A stretch of 64,000 nucleotides of DNA, from contig NMRA01000380.1 of assembly GCA_002633005.1 (NCBI GenBank), positions 124,001 through 188,000 on the forward strand, given 5' to 3'. Position numbers and translations under genes: made by a program. The notes below the pieces were generated by a model. It was not told the origin of the DNA and searched no databases. It saw only the letters and a program-made list of their open reading frames with translations. The DNA is from Phoronis australis (Eukaryota > Animalia > Phoronida). Shown one piece after another: positions 27,201-39,200 of this stretch. The first letter of the stretch is position 1; each line of letters opens with the position of its first letter.

Positions 27201-30200
27201 AGTTAACGTGCCGTAGAACATCAGATTCTACAAAACATTTGAACATTTTAAGTAGGCCTATCAATACAAGTTGAAACAACTGTCTACGGACAATACTCGG
27301 ACACTACCACAACTCATAACACGTAAACGAAATATGTGGAGCAAGCATTCAGATAGATTTGATCATTAGCATTGGGTCCATTACAAGTTTATGACTCTGA
27401 CTGACTCTGGCTCTGACTCTAGGCATTGTCCATCCACTGCAGGATGTAGCCCTTCGACAATGCCTTCCAATTTGTTCTGTCTTACAAGTTTATACTCAGT
27501 GTCAAATCTCGGAACTCATATTCCTCTCAACGCAGACTTGAAACCTGACCAATCACGTGACATGGATCAAGTACGCGTGAGTGTTATTGGTCAATTTCGG
27601 AGTCGAGTTTCGCGTCAGCAGACTTAATTTATACTAGCAACGGGCAATGTCCTTTGGTCAACCGTGGCACTTACATGTACACTGTATATGCATGTACGTT
27701 ATTAACTGAGGATAATGACAACAGAAAATAGTCTCTTAACACTGGAAGAAGAAACTGATAAATCTACTGTGCCCGGTTGCATGAAACAGTATTTTGGACT
27801 TGTGGAAACACCGATTGCCCTTTCTTGTATTGTTTTAGTTTCATTACTAAGTCAACTTTTGACTTCGCTACAAATCGAAAGAGTACTCTACGTTAAACTG
27901 TTAATATTGAATATACGTAGGGATCTTTTCATGCAACACCCCCAATTTAAGGACTGGGACCCTATTCATTTTCCATAAACTCTGGGCTCAGTCTTTATTT
28001 CTATTATTAGAAAATGTCATTAAACAAAAGGGAGCTAATAATAAAGTTGAAATGAAAGAAAAATATTGCATCTGTGACTCCATAAAGACACAAAACCGCA
28101 AAACGACTTAAGGATCTTAGTTGAGTCCCTATTTTGGACTGTTTCATGCAACTGACCTTGGAGGACTAAACAGAACCTGGTTCACACCTCGGACTGACAT
28201 CATACGTGTTTTTTGAAAATTAAAATGGCGGCTACTCGGATTCATGTGAAAGTTTCAGGTACTATGTTTCATGCAGTGATGATATTAGGAATTATTCCTA
28301 AAAATATCCCACTTTTGCATGGGAGTCTATTAAAATAAGATTTTCATAGATTTCATGAAAAACGAAAAACCCAGTTTAGCAAAAACGATATCATAATGAC
28401 AATTTAGAATGTTGAAGATTTCATCTTGAACATTGATAGCAAAAGAAAGTTGGTCATGTTATCGATACCGTTCATTTGCGACCACTTTACCTTCCTTGTT
28501 TGCTAAATTTAGAAGAAAAAAACAATTCAAATTTTACAAGCTTTCTATTTTGGAAAATATAGATAATTCCTCGCTGACAGTTAAAATTTATAGTTGTGTT
28601 GATATTTGCCATTATTATCAATAAATGACGCCAAGGTCCTACACAGCATTACACTTTATGTGTAAGCGCTTTGGGTAGGCGTTTGAGTCCTACTGTATCT
28701 GAGTCAATGGTCGCAAGTTTGGTTTTAGTTGGGACTATCACATCTTATTCTTTTACTGGTAAGCGCTTCATTAAAGCCTATCTTCAATGATAACACAGTA
28801 TTGTTAAGTGCCATAAATTGCCAAGTGTAATGAACTGTTAGACGTATTGGCTTGCTTTTGTCTACGTCACCGCGAGAATCACATTTTAATTCAAGCAGCT
28901 GCGAATATGACTTGCACGTAATGGCATTCTATTCAGACCCCTATTCAATACAACCTTTTGTTGTTTGTGCTGGGATCTCGCGGTGACGCAACATGGCACG
29001 AAAAGTCAGCTTCATTTATCATTTGACGGGCTTGTGATTGAATTTGCTTTTTCTTATTTTACTAAGGCTTTGCTGGGACTATCTGGTTAGCCTAATACAG
29101 CCAAAGTAACAAAATTTCGTTGAAGTTGGGCTTTAATGCAGTTTTTGAGCGTGTGTCTAGGTTCATTATTAACTTTGATCAAGTTTACACGAACGTCAGT
29201 AAGGCAAGTTTTTTTCACATGCAAATGCCTACGACGATCTTGTTACAGCACATTTATATGTACGGCCTTTGAAAAACATACCATGAAACCTGCAAAAGCT
29301 GCGTAATTTTTCCAATATTAAAAAACTTACACGAATAGCTCATTCATGTTTTCGAAAGAAGTAGACCTGTCCGGTCGTATTCACAAAACCGAATACCAGT
29401 TGGACTTCAGTAGAGCGAGGTCTTTGTTGCATTGTGAATGGTAACCCTTACCTGTTGGCAGTGTTCTGTTCATCAAACGTCTCATCAATTCACAGCTTTC
29501 CAGACATGTTTGGTTTCTTTGCTAGAAAATAAAAAGTCCGAGCTTGAATGAACATTGTAGTGGCAGCAATTGCGTCAACAGTTTCCATCTTAAATCATGA
29601 TATGATCAACTGCTGCGTCATAATAAATTATATCTTTTTTCCAAGAAAATGACTTAAAATCGCAGTAGTGTCTCACAGCACTATTCGAGTGAACATTTCA
29701 AAACGTTTTAGCTGGAACGTGTTAGCAAGGAGTGTACGAGTATAGGAGAGTTCACTCCGCCATTTTACCATTCGCCGCAATGGTTACCGGTCGAAACACT
29801 AGCGCCCCAAGCGGTGAATAATCAATACTTACTTAGGAGCGCAGTCCGAACAATGTAAACACTGATGAATTCATACTTTAATGACGTTCAACGTGCAATA
29901 AAATTACTGTATGATTGCAAATGGTTAGAATACGTAAACTAACATCCACTTATAATCGAATGAGAATGAAANNGACCCCGGGCCTCTGACATAGAAAGTA
30001 GTTACAAAGCCGTGGAGAGTCAGAAAAGGTAAATCGATTCATTGCAATGTTTCTCGTTTAGTATGTGGTATAAATAGATTATTACATGTTCTCAGCCGTT
30101 ATCCCCCTTATCTAGAGCCCTCGTGTATTTTGGAGAATTATCACCCTTGGGGCTAACGCCCCTCGGGCGATAATTCTCCAAAATCCACTCGGGCTCTAGA

Positions 30201-33200
30201 TAACGGGGGATAACGACTTCTCCATGTAATAATCTATATATATCTTTTTCCAAGAAAATGACTTAAAATCGCAGTAGTGTCTCAAAGCACTATTCGAGTG
30301 AACATTTCAAAACGTTTTAGCTGGAACGTGTTAGGTCACGCGAAAGCAAACTGAAAACATTTTAGGCTTAGAGATAATGCCAAAATGAAAAGTGATTTTC
30401 TAGGTTCACTGGCCTCAGCTTGGAGTCTAACCTGCAATCACAGCGGTTGCAGCCTACCAGTATATCTGTGCTGGTGAAGCTTAACCCCATTCGATAAATG
30501 ACGGTGTATCCCACGCATATATTTAATTGGTAAAGACAGTGGCGATTGTTTCAGGGAATGTATGGCAGACATTGGCGAACTTTACTGTTTTATCTTTGGT
30601 CGAACTTGAAATTTATCTCATCGAGCAGTATTCCAAAAATGCGTTTCGCGGAAACATGTTTTAAAAGGTTTTGAAATTTAAAAGGCGTATAGTGAAAGGT
30701 TTGAAATTGTCTGTCGTTTGAAAGCAAAGCGTTTTAGCTTGAACGTTTTAACACATGACACAAAGAGAAATACTTGTGGCGCCTTGAAGCCCATGGGCCT
30801 ACATCCGAAATAATACCCTTTTGCGGTCTTTTTTTAGAAAAGTGATTCACATATTTACGCATGCGCCTACAGAAGCTTTGCATATAGCCAGGGTACTGTC
30901 CTCTGCAGAGGCCGTTTTGACAACCGTTGTGCCTCCCAACGGCAATTTGTTTACGCTTGGCTCCGTAACTTTGGAGTCCCTTGGGGGTAATTTCAGGAAA
31001 TTTCATTGGTAAATAGTTTCGTATTAGCTTATTGCCTAGCCATTATGCCTCTATCTGAAATGATGGCTTTTTGGAACCTTTTTTATTCAAGTGGTTCGCA
31101 TGTTGACGTATGCGGCTAAGCTCCGCGTACAAGCGCAGTTCTGCACAGACGCCCATATGCCTAATGGTTCACCAATACGGTAATACTGCGCCGACCGTCA
31201 TTGGCGCATAAAAAGTTTCATTGACCAAATGTGATTTCTTAAAGTTAAAGCCGGGCCTTTAATTTTTCAGATTTGGCACACCCGTCGAATCCATATGAAA
31301 CATTCAGATACTATGCTTAATGCAGTTTTCTTCAAAACGATCTTAGGTTATTGATATCCTTGTTTTACTATCAATGATCCCTTCTATTTTGCTATTTTTT
31401 CTATCAAGACATGATCGCCCGACTCGAATAATATTCATAAAGAGACAAAATTTAAATCAAACAGAGCTAAAATATTAAGTTTTTAGGCATTTGGTTATAA
31501 TGCAGACTTGGCAGTAAGTTACCAGTGATGGATTTAGGGGGGTCAAGGGGGCCATGGCCCCCCCTAAAATTCTCCCAGATTTCATTTGGCAGTTCGGGGG
31601 TGCGAACGTCTGACGGGCAAAATCCTGGCTAATACTCTGCCCTGTCACCCCAACTCAAAATCCTGCATCAGCCCCTGGGCCCTGCACTGACCTTAAAAGA
31701 AACTTATAGAACGTTTGTATGCATTATCTGCCAAAATTTTAAAATGAGAAATACGTTTTATCCCACACGCGTTGAATCAGTCGAGGGAAAAACGGCCATG
31801 TAATAATGTTTTCCGTATTCACCTCCAGCACTACTTCAACAGCGACCTCTGACATGGAATGTTCAAAAAATAGGTCAATGTCGACTCGACGTCGATAGCT
31901 GGTTCGATTATCAAACTTTTAGAAAATATTAGTATTGAGTAACACTTAACATGAAATCAGGCCTCGGTCGTAACATTCAGAGCAGGACTGTGAATTACTG
32001 GGTTTAAGACAGTTCTGTCCCAACTTTCAATTTCCAATATTTTGTCGTCTGCAACTCAGGCGCCGATTCCTCGGTACTACAATATCACATACTGATAATT
32101 AACTATTCTCCGGAGATGTTACAAGTTCAATGCACAGTTTACGTTACTTTATTCTTTGTTATCTCTTTTTCAAGTAATAAACCGTTACATTTAAAACCGT
32201 TTCTTTTACTAGAGAAAACTTGCAAGTACATAGATATAGGCTGTGATCCGCCACGTGAACAGTCTGAGTGAAGTATTTGAAAAATCTGGCGAAGAAATGT
32301 AAGAAACTTAATAATTTGATGCGTATGGGATCAATACAAAACGTACCTCGATTGGCATACATGAAGTAATTTCCCACGAGGCATTATTGCATGTATCGAC
32401 CTGGGTCTGGTGGGTTATTGCATCCTCAACGCCGCTCTCGGTACGTTTTGTCTATATACCAACTTACACAGTTGCAATCCTTCTGTGAGGACACGCAGCC
32501 TTTGGTGCAATCTTTACACATGCCGTTGCAGCTGTAGGGCTTGTAAAACTCGTCGAGATAGGAATGGATATCTTCCTTCTGCCCATACTAGAAACAAGAG
32601 AATGTTTTAAGATAGTAAAGTTTCAACTCACGTTCTGGAATTCAGGTAGCCATGTACATCTTGTGTTATAAAATAAAAAAAGTATTTTTGTCAGGCTTCT
32701 TTACCTTGTTGTTCTGCCATCAAGTTTGTTTTTTTTTGTTCCAACTCGCACGAAAGTTGCACACGAAGTGTAGATCTGGAAGTCCTAGAAGCCTGTGTTT
32801 TTTTGGCATGTTCGGATTCAAAATGGCGGACGTGGCGGCCATTTTGTTCACGTATAGAGCTGAAACTTGGTACGATTATTACAGGACACAAGTACTACAA
32901 CTACGCGGTAAATTGTTAACTTCTGGTCAAGGATGGCGGTAACATTGGCCATGGCGCATGCGCACCTCGATATCTGGCCGAAAACGTGTTCTCTTGTAGA
33001 GGTCGCATTGGTGAACCAATTATTTTCAATCTGGTCACCTGTCTCTTTCGTTTGATTGGCTATTATAAAAGTTTGTTTAACCGGACGTCACTTTCAAGAT
33101 GGCGGATCTGGCGCATGTGGACCCATTTTCAGTCGTGATGGAGTGCCATTTTAAACGGGAAGAGAGAATAAAGTGAATTTTTGCATGTGGATTCTTTGAA

Positions 33201-36200
33201 GTATACCCTTTCAAATGATCTTCTTTTAATTTTTTTTTTCTCAGACTAACCATTTTTGAGTTATTTGACTTTGAATTTTTACAAAAAACGCAAAATTTCA
33301 TTTTTTCGAAAAATTGACGGATTTATGTGATATCATTTATTAGATAGAACTTTGAACGGGCTTTCAGAAGATGTTTTCCATTTTTCGCTAGGACGTCTAC
33401 TTTTTGAGTTATTTGAGTTTATCTGATAGAGCTGGTCCTTTGTTGAGCGCTCTTGCTGCATTGATGTCGGTTTAGCTTCTATTGAACAAGACAGCAGCCT
33501 GTTTCTTAGTTATTTCTTCGCTAGTGACATAAATGTTATCGTGTTGTTCATAATCTCCGCCTTCATCGTCGTCATCGTCGTCCTCCTCCTCCTCACCAGT
33601 GTCGTCTTTTCGTTTGAATTTCGCCAAGTGTCGCTCCTCCGAGCGCTCTCGTTTAAAGTTTTGGTTGTTCAAAAGGTGGTTATTTGAAGAGCTATAAAAT
33701 TTGTTTTAAACAGAGAAAAACAGCAGTAGGGTTTCATTGTAAGTACCTTGGTATATAATTTACTGTTTCGAATGTGTGGAGAAAGACGCAAGAATGTATA
33801 ACGATATATGAAATCTCTTTCACAAAAATTGTCCATTTTTAAAATATTTCACATATGTCTAGAACAAATGGTGGGGAACTTTAAATACGAAATACATACC
33901 GTGTAGCGAGATAAAATATTTAGCAGAGCCACTTTCAAACCGCTCAATAAATATGTTCACTACTATGTTCCATGTCAAAGGTTCCAGGACTGTCACTCAA
34001 ATCGAATCTTCCGCAAGGCACAGAGCAGCTCCGTATGTACCCTCAGTCCTTACATTCACCGAGTCGCCCTAATATTTAGTCAACGAGGTGTTCATATGAT
34101 GGATAGAAACGGCGAAAACAAAGACAAGACCTAGTTTTGATGTTGATGGGAGTTGTTGGTCTGCATAGTGAATAGGACTGCCTCTCCCCTCTTTGACCTT
34201 GTGTTTAGGAGCACAGCAAGTCGTGAAAAGAGAAAATGCTCACCCAAATTCCTTTTTTGATAGGTAATTTGACATTTTGCTGTTTTGATCTCATGCTCAC
34301 GACGTGATTTATTCACCTACTCGATTTTTGCTGCCCGTTTCGTACATGTACATGGTTTCGTATCAGTCTCCCGGCGTGTGGTGTGTATAAGAATGAATAA
34401 ATGATCTATTTAACTAGGTTAACAGTTGATCCCACCTGTCGGGCTGGCGACGGTAACAAAATTAAAGTTTTAGGTTAATTACACAATGCAAATTCAGTTG
34501 ACATTGCGAGTGAATGTTGAAATAGCGAACATGGTTGAGGCATGTATAGGTTATATTGACCGAAAACAAGTTTTCTTCGAATAATTAACCGAAGACCTTG
34601 AGATTTTCAAGTGTTCCAACTTAATTGGATTTTTCTCGGCTTCGGCAAATCGACTTAATTTGAAATTCGGAGCTAGGATTTCGCTGAAATTTCCCGAACT
34701 TAGAATTTATTCATCAATCTCAAAACGCTGTTAGGACTTTTGTTATTATGGCCTAGTTTTTGCGTTATGTAATGAAGACAAATACGACTGTCAATTTTTA
34801 CCAAAAAATATTAATGTCATATAATTATAAAATATATTGTTATAGTCCCTGATCTCTTTTCTTTCAGAAAATGTTGCTTTTATTAGTTGAAAGAGCCGTT
34901 TGATATTTTTTCAGTTTTGTTTTCGATGCACGCGTTGGAATGGTGGCCACTAAATAACTAAGACCTAGCATCAAAAGCCTTGTTTATAATAAAACATGTT
35001 CCAGTGTAAAGATGTACCGGTTATCACTTTGCTGCGCATCTTTCAAACTAATATTGCATTACATTTCAGAAATGTGGGGCTTTCATCCCGCAGCGGTTGT
35101 GGAAATTGTACACAACAAGGTCTATTAGTTCTTATTGGGCCCTGACAAAATGCCCATAATTTAGTGGCCATGCAGGTTCGAAGTGGAAAGGCACATAATG
35201 TTAGCAATGGGATTTAAGATAATTATTAAAAACTGTTTGAAATTGCTTAATGCTGGTGAGAACAGGCTAATATAAACATATTCTATCAATAGAATTGACC
35301 TATCGCAAGCTCCCCCTTGCGTAATGTCGACTAAGGAACAATAAGTTTTACCTGGCAACGTGTTGTTTGTCGGGTAAAATGGCGGCTTGGAAATGAAGGT
35401 GTGTCAAGAATGCTGCGTTGTGGTTGGTCAATTAAGCCGTCTCTCAAAATCCTGAACAACGTAACAGCTGACAGGCGTTACATGTGATGTAGTTAGTTTC
35501 AGTTGAAATTTGGATTTGGTGTTGTTTAGAACTCAGTTGCCTGAGGATGAGAGGATATTTTTGAGGGAGTTTAAATGGCATTTCGATATTGGAGGGTACC
35601 GATGACACGAGGAATTATTGAGAGTTAGTAAATTAGATACTTACAAAATATGCAAAATCAATTACTTATGGAGACGTTAGTCGCAAGTGTAAAAATTAGA
35701 AAATATCTCAAGGCGTTAGCAATTTTTAGATGTTACAATTAATTTACAAAGTTTGCTAAAAATGGATAAAACATTGCAAAACAATTTGCTGTGCCGCTTC
35801 GAGTGGTTAGAAAATTCGTATCTCACCTTAAGGTCACAGTCACCTGTGACAGTGAAGGGTGTTATGAGTAAAACATTGAAGGGGAATGAGAAGAAACCAA
35901 CAGTTGATTTATATCACTGACAGGTATAGAGTTGATCTCAGTTTGTTCCTTGTACAAACGAGAAGTGATTTTTCGTTATTCTCAGCGATCATTCTCGGAG
36001 AATAATTTGACACGCCGTGATAGTTCAACTTGTAGACCCCAATCTTAAACAGGCAAGAAACCCAAAATTTCGCCAAAATATCAAAATATCTTTTGAACAA
36101 TTCATGACGAAAGTACTATCTGGCGACGTCAACTAGAGAGTTAATTACTGTTCCCTGCAAGGGAATTTCTAGAAAAAAATCGCAAAATTGTCGATTTTTG

Positions 36201-39200
36201 AAATATGCGTAAAGGAAAAACTCTGTAGTCACCACAGAATTTCTAATCTCCGCTTCACTTAAAAAAACGCGCATGCGCTCACAGCCAGTGTAAGGGAAAG
36301 GTGCTACGTCTATGTCTTGTCACACCAAATAAGGAGACGTGCTTTGCCTGGTGGGAGAATAATCAACGAAATGACAAGATGACAGATCGTTTTTTGAAAT
36401 TTGAAACTAAAAGAAAAATGCTTAGACATCAAAATAAATTCAAAATCTGTACAAACAGACTGTGAAAATACCTGGTGAGCAGGTTAAATTTTGTTTCAGT
36501 TTCAGAGAACCTAGCCCTCTGAATACTACAATTTAGTCTGTTCTTCACGTTCCAGACCTCTTTAAGCAACAATGAACTGCCACATTTACAAACCCGGAAA
36601 TCACACCTACTTTGACAAAACAGCAATTTGAAAACAATTATAAACGGTAAGTTGACTAAGTCGAAAATTGTTTCCTTAACTTTTAAAGTCGTTTTAAGGC
36701 GCAAAAACCTTTGTCATTATACTTAATTTTTGTACACTAATTACACGTGTGCATGTTTATTTGTTGCAGAAAGTGTCAAGAATCGAACAAGCGCAGATGG
36801 GTTTGTGGCAAGGTGCTATAGATTTCTCAGCAAATTAAAACTTATTAGCACTTTCCTGAGGAGAAGACAGTGACTAATCAGCGCCCGAAAAAGTATATCA
36901 AGGAGTGTTTAACACCTTCAGCTATAGGCGTAATTTATGGAGGTGTCGGGGGGCTGTTGTTGTTGATTTACGTAGACAAAGAAAAACCAGTTGGGCAAGG
37001 AAACAACGGTTGGTCAAGGAGCGCATTTTAGCTAAGAGACTGAGGATTTGAAAGAGGTTAAAAATAGTTCCATGCGGACTTTTGCTCACTTTGATAAATT
37101 TGCTCTAATCATCATTGAGGTTTTTGACATTTTTACTTCCCAGGAGATTGTTTTTACGTGATGTGCATAAAACTTAAAGGGGTATAAAAAAAACGAACAA
37201 TACATACATTTGCCACCATTGCCGTCGGATCGTTTTAGTGTCACACTTCCGTCGAGCAAAAAAGCCCCAAGTCATTGATAAGAATTTATTTTTTTTATTT
37301 TAGGCCACCTCAATTGATTTAATCGTAAATGCATTAAGCCACTGGACGAACATGTACTGCATATTTTGCTAATGAAAAGAGAGGTTTACATTCGATTTTA
37401 TCTGTGCTATAATACTAATGCTCGCGGTCATGAACTGGAATTCTCACCACAAACAACAGACATAAGACATTATAGCCATGGACACTGGTATTGTAAAACA
37501 AATCAAGCATATATTTCTTCGCACACTCAAGTGCCGATTCTGCAGATAGGTGGAGAAAACTGATTCTCAAAATGCGGGCACGTTATATCGGATCATTACC
37601 GCCTTCCTGTTTAAATACTCGGAGGAAAGTTTTCAGAGAAAAGAAAAAAGCGGATACAAATAAGTTTTAACTAAAGTTTGGATTTCTTGAAACGTATACA
37701 TGTATTACATATAGCTGATTCAACGACTGAAGTCCTGAATATGCAAACAGAGGCTGCCTCTCAGTGTTCAAAGATGACTACTGAAAGACTTTGACTACTC
37801 GCATGTTTGGCAGCATTATTGAAAAGCTAGATTCTTGACGTTATTATTAGCTTTGTGCGTTTGTGATTTGATGGGAAATCGACGATTCCCGACGTTGACT
37901 TCCAGTCATTTGGTAGAATTAACTGAAACCGGGACCGCTGACATTATCAGTTAAATGTCTTTGAGTACATGTGGCTATTTGCCAAATTGATTTTAGCTCT
38001 TCTGCTCCAGTTGAGGTCTTGGGTTCGAATTCGTTTGAGGGCTGATCTTGTATGTGCAATATTGTCGCTGATGTCACCTAAAGTCGAGTACTCTCATAGT
38101 AAGAATATCAGTGGAGTAAATTTAATTCGTTTATCGACTGTCAGTAAATTAAATGACAGAATACTTTTAAGGCAAAGACGATCATTTTGCAAATTACACC
38201 GTGTCTGCGGCCTAAGAAGCGTGACAACGCCTTTTTCTCAAAGACCACACAATTAGAGAAACGATCACGTGTTCGGTTGTGATGGGCATGCACTGAGACT
38301 TCATTAACTTCGATATGACTGCCTGAAACCTCACAGTAATGTCACTTTGAGAACCCGGCATCGCGTTTATATTTTATGTGTTACAGTATTCATGAGACAT
38401 GGTCAATATTTCCTATAAAACTCAGATTCACGAATTCCAAAGATCTTTGAAGTGCGCATACAACGCGAAAAACAGACTAAATTTCGTTATTCAAGGTTGT
38501 CAAAGCATTTTTCCTTTAATTTCAAATTTCAAAAAAACAATCTGTCAACTGGTCACTTCGTCGATTTTTCTGGATTGTTCTGAAACCCCTCGACCCCCAC
38601 ACCCCTCGACTCGACCCACGACCCCCTCGACCCACTCGACCCACAATCCCCTCGACCCAAAGCCGGGTTTGGCTCCGTCAGGTTATCACCTCACCTTCAG
38701 CTTCGCTGGATCTGTGTATAATCGGGCCCGGAACAACGCACCTTTTCTCAGAGAAACGGCAGACGGACTTTCGAATCACCGAAAACAGGCCGATGCTCCT
38801 GTTGTCCCATAGCAGAACAGGAATCAATGAGATAAATATAAAAGAGTTGAAGTCACGTGGTTTACTATGAGCGGAGTGGTCCGTCATCTTGTTGATGAAA
38901 CATGTGAGTCGAGCTGCCTTGAACTGTGTAGAATTGAAATGCAAAAGTAGCTGGACGAAAGAACATCACGTTTTAGACGTTTCAGAGGTAACTATTCCAC
39001 GGAGCTTTTCATTGTTGGTGCTTGATACGTGTCACTGTGATTGAATATTGACAAATTTGATTATTTATACGACGGATGATCCCGAATTGTGCAGTGTCTG
39101 GTTCACTCTGGTTGTGCAGTGTGAGGCTGTGTAAAGCAGTTCAGTATGCCCAGTGGTAAACGTTTAGCTCCCAGCTGTCCTTCGAATTTTATTCATATTT

